Shown here piece by piece: positions 9,152-21,307 of a stretch of 64,000 nt of DNA (positions are counted from its first letter, which is position 1; each line of letters opens with the position of its first letter). A program made the translations under genes and the position numbers. The notes beneath the pieces were generated by a model. The model did not search any database and was not told the origin of the DNA. It was given only the letters and a program-made list of their open reading frames with translations. Origin of the DNA: an uncultured delta proteobacterium (lineage in GTDB: Bacteria > Desulfobacterota > Binatia > Binatales > Binataceae); NCBI GenBank assembly GCA_963808235.1, contig CAWEEQ010000002.1:64001-128000 (forward strand). The letters are read 5' to 3'.

Positions 9152-9196
9152 TTCGTAATCAGCAGGTCGCCGGTTCGAATCCGGCGGGTGGCTCCA
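9152..9196 (+). mobile_element. 3' half of tRNA-Thr(CGT): att-site relic of an integrative element
   Basis: TT-CGT-AA-TCAG-CAGGTC-GCCGG-TTCGAAT-CCGGC-GGGTGGC-T-CCA has an intact T arm and CCA end. No D arm or 5' acceptor strand upstream. Confidence 0.8.
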
Positions 9197-9475
9197 ATAT
9201 CAAAAATCATCGGCGGCATAAGTCGGCGAGCGACTCGCGAAGAGGTACTTCGCCATGATTCAAACATCAATGTTCCCGCTTTTGACATCGACGAGGCTCC
9301 CGTTGCTCCCTGCGTGAATCCGGCATCTTGTCGCCCTCCGGCATACACTCCGCGATCTTTGCGTCTTCGCCGGAAACCTATGTAAGCTCGAATCTCTTTG
9401 GAAGATCAGGGCGGGTAACGTTCGCCTGGCGCGGCTGCGATCGAGGCGCCGCGGAAAGGAGTCGATACAGCTCAG

Positions 9476-9940
9476 ATGAGATTTCACCAAGCTCTTACGC
9501 TTGTGCTGACTGCGACTTGCCTGAGCTCGTGCCTGCCCTTGCCACTGCACTATCACACGCGGCCGGATATCTACGGAACAGTTACTCGCAACGGCGTTCC
9601 AGTTGAGGGTGCTAAGATCGGATACTCAGATGATCTCGGCGATAGTCACTGCGATTCCTACGGCGATTCGCACCCGGCAAACGCAGTGTCGGCTAGCAAC
9701 GGTGCGTTTCATATAGAAGGAACCTACTCGTTTTTCCATATCATTTACTTCGAGCCTCACGCCGCTGAATCTGTAAGCGGGCGAATTTGCGTTGAAAGTT
9801 CGGACGGCCAGCACCTCAGCGAAGACTTAATCATGAATGGCGGAACTGGCGTCGGCTCAATCCCGGACAATGCGTCGAGCGACCAATTAATAGTAGACTG
9901 CGATCTCGCAAAAGATAAATGTACAGGCAAGGCGTGGTGA
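9476..9940 (+). CDS. Predicted lipoprotein with a beta-sandwich (carboxypeptidase-regulatory-like) domain
   Basis: Lipobox-like CLSSC after a hydrophobic stretch, then IYGTVTRNGVPVEGAKI...SNGAFHI. AAGGAG upstream. Confidence 0.65.
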   Translation: MRFHQALTLVLTATCLSSCLPLPLHYHTRPDIYGTVTRNGVPVEGAKIGYSDDLGDSHCDSYGDSHPANAVSASNGAFHIEGTYSFFHIIYFEPHAAESVSGRICVESSDGQHLSEDLIMNGGTGVGSIPDNASSDQLIVDCDLAKDKCTGKAW

Positions 9941-10156
9941 AGTACGCCCCCACAGGTTCATGAATTCGTTCGAACCATCCAGTCTGGACGTTGGCCGCCT
10001 TCGATAGTGATGATGCGACCCCCCAGAGCTAATCCAAGGCGATGCTCCGCGGACCTGGGTAAATCGCGCCGAGAGAGGAATCGATCGATTCGTTGACATC
10101 TCCAAAAATCTGGAGACTGAAATGTGGATGACGCAGTCCGATTCGAACTGCTCTCC

Positions 10157-10226
10157 GTCAACCTGTCAACCGGTTGACACCTGAGCGGCGGTTGACAAGC
10201 GGCGGTTGACGCCCTTGGTGGTTGAC
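10157..10226. repeat. Cluster of six GGTTGAC/GTCAACC heptamers
   Basis: GTCAACC at 10157 and 10165; GGTTGAC at 10172, 10190, 10204 and 10220. Palindrome TGTCAACCGGTTGACA at 10164-10179. Confidence 0.85.
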
Positions 10227-10463
10227 AATCAAATCATCGATTCAAACTACGTTCTAGGAGACTCATCGCCACCACTCGGATTTGAATGCCGACGATCGCC
10301 GTTGTAGAGATGCCAACCCGCCCGGCGCGATCTCGGACACGTAAATCCATAGACTGGACACCGGCGTGGCGAACGATCGGTTCATATAGCTGGTCAAGGT
10401 TGCTGGCGCCGCCGTCGCGAGTCATCTCCTCGGCGCACGCTTTCGACGCGATGATCTCGGCGT

Positions 10464-10943
10464 CTAACGGCCGCATTTCGGGCAGCGAACATCTAGCAAG
10501 ACCTGCGGTGGAATACGCAGAATTTCCGCGAGCTCTAGGATCATGCCGAGTCTCCAATTCTCGAGCTGATCTGGGTTCGTCTCTAACTCTTCCTCCACTC
10601 TCGCCCATCGCATACGTTTGAATCTCCCGAACAGTTCTTCGACTGACCAACCTTCGCGAGCCCGGTATTGCCGTATCAACTCGCTCCGCGATGACTGATA
10701 GTCCTCGAAGCACTCGGACCGATTGCAAAAGGCACAAGGCATGCCCAGGAGGTCGAGAAGGTTGATACCTAAGGCGCTGCAGAGCATCTTGACGTTACGC
10801 AAGGCGACAAGCGTGAGAAGCTCATCTGGATAAGATTCGATGTCACAATAAGAATCAATTGTGAGCCCAGAGGCACGGGCCACTTCGATTTCGGATAACC
10901 CGAGCTCTCCTCGGCGCGATTTTATCTGTTCGTTTATCTGCAT
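10464..10943 (-). CDS. Tandem XRE-type HTH protein with two CxxC motifs
   Basis: IKSRRGELGLSEIEVARASGLT and IRQYRAREGWSVEEL repeats, with CAFC and terminal CPKC. Starts 5 nt after the RHS stop. Confidence 0.7.
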   Translation of the reverse strand: MQINEQIKSRRGELGLSEIEVARASGLTIDSYCDIESYPDELLTLVALRNVKMLCSALGINLLDLLGMPCAFCNRSECFEDYQSSRSELIRQYRAREGWSVEELFGRFKRMRWARVEEELETNPDQLENWRLGMILELAEILRIPPQVLLDVRCPKCGR

Positions 10944-10948
10944 TGACT

Positions 10949-13722
10949 CTAGAACACCGGCACTGGAATGAAAGGAATTTCTGGAATTTCGATGGGTGGC
11001 GGAATCGCTGGGTCCATCGGGACAACTGGCACGGTCATGTTGTCGTTCGGTTCCGATACCGGCGGCTTCCACTCCGGCGCATCCCCATTTGGGTCTGTTG
11101 GAGATTGGCCCGGTCCGCAACTGTTCTGATAGGGCTTGCCTGAATTAGGGGGCGACGGCTTGTTTTTGCCCCCGCCGGGGGGTTGTTGATCCCAGTGACG
11201 CCAATGATCGTCGTCCTCCGGGTGCGCGATCCATTTCGTCCCGCCCGGATCGGTCAAATACCACCGGCCGTTAGGAAATTGCTCGGTTGGCCCCCAAGTA
11301 TTAGGATCATATCCGGGTGGTGGCGGAGGATACTGACCGATCCACCAGCCGATTGGATCGTTCCATACCGTCGGTGCATTTCGCGCGTACGCGTATACGT
11401 TGGCATCGCCGCCACGGAACCCAATAGGATCCTGAGATACGAATCGCTGGAAGGTCGGGCTGTAGTAGCGTGCACGGTAGAAGTACAGCCCCGTCCCGTC
11501 ATTCTCGCGGCCAGTAAACTCATAGCTGCTGCCATTGGCCGCGCCACCGACGGTCGTCGCCCCGAATGGCTGATACGTATAACTCGTCGCGACGGTCTGC
11601 GCCGATCCCACCAGTCCGATCGTCGAGCCGAGCGCGTCGGTAAGCAGCGTCGACACGTTGTTGCTGGAGTCACTACGTACGAAATACTCGTCGGTTCTGA
11701 GGCCGGTCAAAAGATTGGCGGTCGGTGTCCCTCCTTGGAGTTCTTGTACAGGATTGAGGCCGTCGTAGAGAAACTGCATGTCCGTCCCTGCGATCGTTTT
11801 ACTCGCGCGTCGGCCGAATGCGTCATATGTAAAGCTGGCGGTCGCCGCACCGCTGATCGCCGTCAGATGGTTGCGTGCGTCCCAAGTATAGGTATTGATG
11901 CCATCCGAAGCGAGATTCCCGTTAGCGTCGTAGCTTAGTGTCGCGCCATTGAACGAGATCATCGCATTGTCCGCGTTGAAAGTGTTGCCGCTGACGGCGG
12001 AGGGCATACCTGTTGACGCCAAGCTCCCGGTCTTTGCCGTCATTCGGCCGTCAGTATCGTACGAGTAGCTCAGGTTGCCCAGGTTCGAGGGCGGGCTCGA
12101 ACAGCTCCCGCCCGTACCGTATGTGAGCGAAGTTACGCGCGAGTCACTGTCGTAGCCGTAGCTTGCGATCACGCCGTTAGGCAGCGTCAGACAGGTGCGT
12201 CGGTTGGCATTGTCGTAGTTCATTCCCACGCTTTGACTGCCCTGGCTGATGCCTGTCAGCCGGTTGCCGTTGTCAAAGGTATACGCTGCTTGGCTCTGCC
12301 CGACCACCTGCATCGTCTCGCGCCGGCTCCGTCGCCGGGATCAATAAAGACCTGAAAGTTCTTCTGTTCGATGTTGCCGAGCGGATCGGTGATGGTGGTT
12401 TGAGTGACATTGCCGTTGCCGTCAGTGACGTAAGAGAACTGTAAAGTGCTGGTGCCGTCAGCGAGTGTCTGTTGCTTTACGCGTCCGGCGGTATCGTACT
12501 GGTTGGTGAAGACGGTGTTCCCGTTCGGGTCCGTCATTGTGAGCACTCGATTCGATGAGTCGTAGGTGTAGCTACTGACGGCGCCCTTGGCGTCAGTCAC
12601 GGTCGCCAAGCGTCCCGAAGAATCATAAGTATAGGAGACGGTGCGGCCAATATTATCTTGGAGCTGGGTAATCCGATTGCTCGAGTCATGCTGGACTGTG
12701 ATCCAGCGACCGTTTGGCGACTGTATTTGGCTGACGTTGCCGTTAGAATCGCGGCTGATCGTTGCCGTGTTGTTGTTGCGGTCAGTGATGCTCACCAGTG
12801 CAGCCTTGGCGGGATTCGTCGTGCCGGTGGAGTTGGGGAAGAGATACTGCGTCTTGTCTCTGAGGGTCAGGGTCCAGCTACTACCGTTCCAGGCGAGCGT
12901 CGATCCGAAGAAGCGTCCCGGCGCCGTGGTATTCTCATACGCGGCGTTCGAATAACCGGTGCCTGACGATGTGCGCTGGTAATAAACGCGTCCTCCGTCG
13001 GGCAGTATCAGATATTGATAAGAGTACGTGCTGGTGTTTCCGACGAGGAACATCTCGTAGCTGTCAGTGCCCCCGATACCAAACGGCCGCGACATATGAT
13101 CTGAAGTCCGGTACGTTCGCGCGAACTGTATCGGGATCACATCCGATAGCATGAGATCAGTGTGGCTCTCGATAAAGAGCCCCGTGCTGCAGTCCACCGG
13201 ATCGCCTGCGTCGCTGCAGCCCGGCGCGCCAGGCGGCGGAGGATTCGGGCTCGGCGCGATGGAGGGGCTCCCCACCATCGCACCCGTAAATCCATAGATC
13301 TGGACACCGGCGTCGGGAACGACCTGGCTGCCGTCCGAAGTGACCTCGCCCTGGCCGTAGATGTACCAACCCGAGGCGCTTGGGGCTGCGTTATAGTTCC
13401 AGAAATCAAAGGAGGTCCCCGCCGGCGCATGGTAGGTATTCGGGTAGTAAAGCTGCGCGCCTATCCATTGACCGTTCGCATTCTCGAAGTAAGAACCACC
13501 GGGCTGAATCGTGAAATAGATCGGTACCTGCACGCCAATTGGCAGAGGAAACGGCGGCTGGTCGATCGGAATCGGCGTGATCGTGACGGTATGAACCACG
13601 TGGCCATACCAGTCTTTGACAATGGTGCCCGGCTGGAGATGCAGTTCCAGACCTGGTAGCAGCGGGTTGCTGACAACTACTTCGGAACTGGTCGGTGAGG
13701 GGATATTCACGGCGTGCGCGGC
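10949..13722 (-). pseudogene. RHS/YD-repeat polymorphic toxin, 5'-truncated and internally broken, with intact core end and toxin tip
   Basis: GDPVDCSTG (DUF6531-like), YD repeats, frame break at about 12328-12354, GLYFYRARYYSP...SQDPIG...NAPTVWNDPIG, then a C-terminal domain with HPEDDDHWRHWD. Confidence 0.85.
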
Positions 13723-13761
13723 GGCGGCACGCGTTCGATGGATTCCGGGTACAATCAGCAG

Positions 13762-13853
13762 GGCGAATTTACGGCGATGATCCGCGGACCTAGCAAAATC
13801 GCGCCTGGATAGGTTTTGCCCGATTCTGGCGATTTGCTCTGCTGAGGGCGTTC
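13762..13853 (+). repeat. Dispersed non-coding motif B, copy 2
   Basis: GGCGAATTTACGGCGATGATCCGCGGACCTAGCAAAATCGCGCCTGGATAGGTTTTGCC..., homologous to 8502-8593. Confidence 0.9.
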
Positions 13854-13939
13854 TCCGGGTCCGCGCGTAATCGTAAATCGCGCGCACACGCGCCTATTTC
13901 GATCAATTCTCCGAGATGTCCGAGAATCGAGAGACTGGA

Positions 13940-14015
13940 TGGTGGAGCAGAACGGATTTGAACCCTCGACCCCTACGTTGCGAACGTAGTGCTCTCCCAG
14001 CGGAGCTACTGCCGC
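13940..14015 (-). tRNA. tRNA-Ala(CGC)-like sequence, full length but degenerate (probable pseudo-tRNA)
   Basis: GCGGCAG TA GCTC CGCTGGGA GAGC A CTACG TT CGC AA CGTAG GGGTC GAGGG TTCAAAT CCGTT CTGCTCC A CCA (76 nt). G3:U70 is kept. Lesions are a C2:C71 mismatch, C in place of the invariant A14, and a G:G pair in the T stem. Confidence 0.8.
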
Positions 14016-14052
14016 AATCTTAGACACCGCGACGCAATTACTATTCTCGCCA

Positions 14053-14133
14053 GACCGAGAGCAAAATACCGTCGGCGGGATTTTGCGATTGAATGAAATG
14101 GAAGGACACTGGGTGCAGGGGTCACCCCTGCCG
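14053..14133 (+). repeat. Dispersed non-coding motif A, copy 2
   Basis: GACCGAGAGCAAAATACCGTCGGCGGGATTTTGCGATTGAAT...GACACTGGGTGCAGGGGTCACCCCTGCCG. Confidence 0.9.
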
Positions 14134-14633
14134 CCCCGCGCGTAGCGGTCTGAATCCGAATCCCAGTAGCCAGCCTACTTCTCCGGATCGCCACGAGACT
14201 TCAGGGCTGAACTGTTCAGCCTTACCCAAATCAAACCCCGATGGCATCATTCCCACGATGGATTGATCCGATGAATCGACATTGTCAGAACCAGATGCGG
14301 ACCTCAGAGGAACCCGGGGAAGTCATGCTCTCGCACGCGCGAGAGTCGCGTCCCGGCAACATTTGTCGCGTCGACGCTCCCCCGCCCTTCCGCAAGGAAC
14401 ACGCTGGCGCAGAATGGTTTGCGACTCCACCAACCGCCGGCGGCGCAAAGATGGCAACCAACGGCAAGGTCGCGAAATCCGCCCCAACACCACTTTTGGC
14501 CGCTTCGGAACAGCTGAGTCCTTGTTATTCGGAGAACAATCCGGGGACCCGCGCTTGTTCACATATACTCGCGAATCTGGGCATTATCAGTCTGCGTCTT
14601 GCGATCGGGGGATTGCCGGCGTCTGGAGACACG

Positions 14634-15749
14634 ATGACCCGAGCTACGACTCGCAAATATCTCATAGCGCTCGCGCGATGGTTCGACACTTCGGCCGGCG
14701 GAACTGGCGCCGCCGACGGTCCACAAAAGACCGATTGGTTCCGATGCATCCCGTTCGTCGCGGTCCATCTGATGTGCCTCGGAATAATCTGGGTCGGATG
14801 GAGTCCGATCGCAGTGGGGATCGCGATTGCGCTTTATTTCGTCCGCATGTTCGCGATCACCGGATTTTACCACCGTTACTTTTCTCATCGCTCGTTCAAG
14901 ACCACGCGCGTCGCGCAATTCGCTTTTGCCGTGATGGGCGCGACCTGCGTGCAGCGCGGAGCGCTCTGGTGGGCGTCGCATCATCGCCTGCATCATCAGC
15001 GCTCCGATGAGCCCGCAGACGTCCATTCGCCGCGCCAGCACGGTTTCATCTGGAGCCACATCGGCTGGATCACTTCGGAGTCGAATTTCCGATCCGAACT
15101 TCGCGTGGTGCGCGACCTGGTGAAATTTCCCGAACTGATGTTCCTCGATCGATTCGACATACTGGTGCCAACGGTGCTCGGCTTCGCACTGTTCGGACTC
15201 GGCGCGTTCTTTGAGCGCGAGGCGCCGGGCCTGCACACCACCGGCGCCCAGATGCTCATCTGGGGATTCTTTGTCTCAACCGTGGTGCTCGCGCACGGCA
15301 CCTTTACGATCAACTCGCTCGCGCACGTCATCGGGCGGCGCCGCTATGAGACCGGCGACGACAGCCGCAACAGCTTCACGCTCGCGATGGTCACGCTCGG
15401 CGAAGGATGGCACAACAATCACCACCATTATCCAGCCAGCGCGCGCAACGGATTTTTCTGGTGGGAGATCGACATCACCTACTACGGTCTCAAGATGCTC
15501 GAAGCGGTCGGAATCATCTGGGATCTCCGTAAGGTCCCGGAGCAGTTGCTCGACGAAAACCTTGTAGACGCGCAGCCTCGCGTGATTCGAGCCGAGATGC
15601 CGGCGGGAATCGAATTGATCGCAAACGTGCGTCGCAGCGCCGACGACGATCGGCAAATCTTTCCAGCGCTACAAGACGCCGCGCTCAAGGCGGCGGCACG
15701 CCCAAACCTTACCGCTGCCGAGCCTGCTGATTCCGACCGGGTCGCTTGA
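14634..15749 (+). CDS. Delta-9-type acyl-CoA fatty acid desaturase
   Basis: His boxes HRYFSH, HRLHH and GEGWHNNHH. GGAG RBS before ATG 14634. Confidence 0.92.
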   Translation: MTRATTRKYLIALARWFDTSAGGTGAADGPQKTDWFRCIPFVAVHLMCLGIIWVGWSPIAVGIAIALYFVRMFAITGFYHRYFSHRSFKTTRVAQFAFAVMGATCVQRGALWWASHHRLHHQRSDEPADVHSPRQHGFIWSHIGWITSESNFRSELRVVRDLVKFPELMFLDRFDILVPTVLGFALFGLGAFFEREAPGLHTTGAQMLIWGFFVSTVVLAHGTFTINSLAHVIGRRRYETGDDSRNSFTLAMVTLGEGWHNNHHHYPASARNGFFWWEIDITYYGLKMLEAVGIIWDLRKVPEQLLDENLVDAQPRVIRAEMPAGIELIANVRRSADDDRQIFPALQDAALKAAARPNLTAAEPADSDRVA

Positions 15750-17032
15750 TGCGCGAGTCGGGCTCAATCGTCGCGTCGGGCGTCGATGCGGCCCGCGCGC
15801 GCCGTCCTGCAATCATCGAACGGTTTGCGCGCCGCGCAGTGCTCGCGCGCCTTGCGGGCCTCACCCGCGGGCGCATCGCGATCGAAGACGGCGACGATCG
15901 CATCGCGTTCGGCCAGGATATATCCGACGCCGATTTGCGCGCTACGATTCGAGTGCAGGATCAGCGTTTCTATTCGGACCTCGCACTCGGCGGCAGCATG
16001 GGCGCGGGCGAAGCTTTCATGGCCGGCTCATGGACCACCGACGACCTGCCCGCGCTGATCCAAATCATGATCCGCAATCGCGACGTGATGGAAGGCATGG
16101 ACTCGGGCCTCGCGCGGCTCGCCAATCCGGCCCGCCGAATCATTCATTACTTCAATCGCAACACGAAAGAGGGCAGCCAGCGCAATATCGCGGCGCACTA
16201 CGATCTGGGCAACGAATTCTTCGAGCTGATCCTCGACCGCACCTTGATGTACTCGTGCGCGATCTTTCCGCGTCCGGAGGCAACGCTCGAAGAAGCGGCG
16301 GTCGCCAAGGTCGATCGCATCTGCCGCAAGCTTGATCTTCGCGCGCACGATCACCTGCTCGAGATTGGCACCGGATGGGGCGGCTTTGCGATTCACGCGG
16401 CGAAAAACTACGGATGCCGCGTCACCACCACCACCATCTCGCGCGCGCAGCATGACTACGCGCTGAAAAAAATCGCTGAGCAGGGTCTCTCGGATCGCAT
16501 CACGGTGCTGTTCAAGGACTATCGCGATCTCACCGGACAGTTCGATAAAGCGGTGTCGATCGAAATGATCGAAGCAGTCGGCCATCAGTTCCTCAACTCG
16601 TATTTCCGCAAATGCGGCGAGTTGCTGAAACCCGACGGCATGATGCTCTTGCAGGCGATTACGATCTCCGACCAGAACTATGCGGCCGCGGTCCGCCGCG
16701 TCGATTTCATCAAGAAGTACATCTTCCCCGGCAGCTTCCTCCCCTCGGTCACCGCGCTCTGCTGCGCGATCACCTGCTCGAGCGACATGCGCCTGTTCCA
16801 TCTCGAGGACCTCACGCCCAACTACGCCGAGACGCTGAAGAACTGGCGGATGCGGATGTTCAAGAACATCGAGCAGGTGCGCGCGCTCGGCTATCCCGAA
16901 GAATTTATCCGGATGTGGGAGTTCTACCTCTGCTACTGCGAGGGCGGCTTCCGCGAGCGCTACATCGGCGACGTGCAGATGCTACTGACCAGGCCCGAAT
17001 GCCGCGTTGCGCCGATCCTTCCGCCCCTTTAG
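15746..17032 (+). CDS. cfa: Cyclopropane-fatty-acyl-phospholipid synthase family methyltransferase
   Basis: NIAAHYDLGNEFF, MYSCA, LLEIGTGWG, SIEMIEAVG and KYIFPG. Overlaps the desaturase stop. Confidence 0.9.
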   Translation: MMRESGSIVASGVDAARARRPAIIERFARRAVLARLAGLTRGRIAIEDGDDRIAFGQDISDADLRATIRVQDQRFYSDLALGGSMGAGEAFMAGSWTTDDLPALIQIMIRNRDVMEGMDSGLARLANPARRIIHYFNRNTKEGSQRNIAAHYDLGNEFFELILDRTLMYSCAIFPRPEATLEEAAVAKVDRICRKLDLRAHDHLLEIGTGWGGFAIHAAKNYGCRVTTTTISRAQHDYALKKIAEQGLSDRITVLFKDYRDLTGQFDKAVSIEMIEAVGHQFLNSYFRKCGELLKPDGMMLLQAITISDQNYAAAVRRVDFIKKYIFPGSFLPSVTALCCAITCSSDMRLFHLEDLTPNYAETLKNWRMRMFKNIEQVRALGYPEEFIRMWEFYLCYCEGGFRERYIGDVQMLLTRPECRVAPILPPL

Positions 17033-17064
17033 CCGCAAATATTTCGCCTTCGCCGTTGCGTGGG

Positions 17065-17100
17065 TTGACAGCAGCGATAATCAGATGATAATTGCTATCA
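17065..17100 (+). promoter_or_regulatory. sigma70 promoter overlapping a Fur/PerR-type box
   Basis: TTGACA at 17065, and TGATAATTGCTATCA (7-1-7 inverted repeat resembling TGATAATnATTATCA) at 17086-17100, just before the Fur-family ATG. Confidence 0.75.
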
Positions 17101-17105
17101 CCTAG

Positions 17106-19795
<2,690 letters not shown>

Positions 19796-19872
19796 GCTCG
19801 GCGGAAGGCCGTGCACGCTGTAGGCATTCGTGCACGGCCTCGCCCCGAAGGGAGGCAGCCAACTTTATTGAA

Positions 19873-19897
19873 TGTGAAACCCGCGGTGGGTTTCACA
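19873..19897 (+). terminator. Hairpin after katG
   Basis: TGTGAAACCC-GCGGT-GGGTTTCACA, 10-bp stem followed by CTTCCTT. Confidence 0.55.
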
Positions 19898-19904
19898 CTT
19901 CCTT

Positions 19905-19970
19905 CGGCAGGGGTGACCCCTGCACCCACCGTTCATTCAATCGCAAAATCCCGCGGACGGTATTTTGCTC
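19905..19970 (-). repeat. Dispersed non-coding motif A, copy 3 (inverted)
   Basis: Minus strand reads GAGCAAAATACCGTCCGCGGGATTTTGCGATTGAATGAACGGTGGGTGCAGGGGTCACCCCTGCCG. Confidence 0.9.
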
Positions 19971-20052
19971 CAGGTGATGTCGGTGACGCCGAAAATAGAA
20001 CTGACGACGGCCTATGTGGTATTGAGCTGGATGCTTGCGCTCTCACCCGCAG

Positions 20053-20100
20053 GCTAGCGAACCGAAAAATATAGAGAGCAGAAAAAGCGAACGCCGAATC
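20053..20100 (+). repeat. Left copy of an imperfect direct repeat flanking the RHS array
   Basis: GCTAGCGA...GAGAGCAGAAAAAGCGAACGCCGAATC matches 25416-25461. Confidence 0.75.
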
Positions 20101-21296
20101 TGGGACTCGCGTAATCAGCTTTCGAGCGTGTCAGGATCGGTCGCATTGACGGTGACCTACGACGCGCTAGGCCGGCGGATGACGTCGGCTAACGGGGCAG
20201 CCAACTTAACCTTTATTCACGACGGGGCGTCCGTGATCGGGTCATCGGACAGCGTATCGGGAAACACGTGGAGTTTCATGCCTGGGGGCCTGGCGGGATC
20301 GTTGACCTCCGGCGGAGCAAAAACCACCTGGGTGCCGCTGCTGGATACGGACGGATCGACGATCGCGCTGGTAAACTCCGCCCAGAACTCGCAGCTGGCG
20401 ACTACTTTCACCTATGATCCGTCGGGAGTACCGACCGTGGGCGGCCTCGCGAATTCGTTCCCGTTCCTCTACCAGGGCCTCGAGCATGAGGTCACAGACC
20501 CGGGCCAGCTTGACTTCGAGCCGTCGGGCAACGTGTACAATCCGCAGATCCAGCGCGAGTTGTCGCAGGTCGGCGAACAGGGAATAGGTGGCCCGCCGTC
20601 CGGGGGCGGCGCGGGAGTCGGCGGCGGAGGTGGTCCTGGCAACGGGGGCTTCGGCAACTTTGGGCCGGGACCCGGTCGAGGTCAGACGGGCAACAGCCTC
20701 GGGCAGACCTTCAGCGAACTCGGTACAGTCGCCAGTCCAGCCACTCTGCTTCTGCCGGATGGCTTAGGCTTTCTGACGATCGGCGGGGGTGACAATCCGA
20801 TCAGCATACCCATTTTTGCGATCAGCGATCTGTTCAACCTGTTCGGCTATTCAGCGGCGAACATTCAAAACCATACCAGTTGGATCACGGGCGGAATTCA
20901 AACTGGGACATTTTGGGCGTACGTCTCATCGCCGGCCAGAAATCCGCCGCGACCTTTATCGCGAGGAGCGACGACGCGCCACAGTCCGGCGTCGTCCTCG
21001 CCAGATACATCATGGTGCCATTCGGTCGATTGCCTCAGGATGTGAATCAGCCTCCGGGAAATGGATTTTCTGAAAAAAAAGTCCAGAACTACGTCAATCC
21101 CGACACCGGACAAAGCTTGCATCCAGATCCCACTCATGGATATCCAAAGGGTCCTCATTACGATCTGCACAGTGGCAGGTTGGAACCTAAAGGTAAGATT
21201 AGCTTGAGGCAGTTTTTTGACACGCTACAGTATTGGTCACAGGATCTCCAGCAGTGGATAGAATTAGAAGGTCCAACAGTTCTTCCGGTTGAATGA
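20101..21296 (+). pseudogene. Orphan RHS C-terminal fragment with Ntox37-like tip, frameshifted near 20848
   Basis: Begins abruptly at WDSRNQLSSVSGSVA, which is also in the 22.6-kb fragment. Has TYDALGRR and FTYDPSG. The tip NPDTGQSLHPDPTHGYPKGPHYD is in a different frame. Confidence 0.75.
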
Positions 21297-21307
21297 GGTA
21301 GAGAGGA

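Noticed and set aside
10234-10460. Possible additional small gene downstream of the HTH protein
   Set aside because: Candidate ORFs overlap the HTH gene or lack a start, RBS and motifs. At most a fragment.
13755-14027. 90-aa ORF, and the similar ORF 8406-8681 and N-terminus of ORF 12256-13887
   Set aside because: These are translations of the tRNA-like sequence and motif B, so their mutual similarity comes from the DNA repeat.
14241-14633. Long N-terminal extension of the desaturase
   Set aside because: It does not look protein-like, and a better ATG with an RBS lies at 14634. The katG extension 17441-17623 is rejected for the same reason and overlaps fur.
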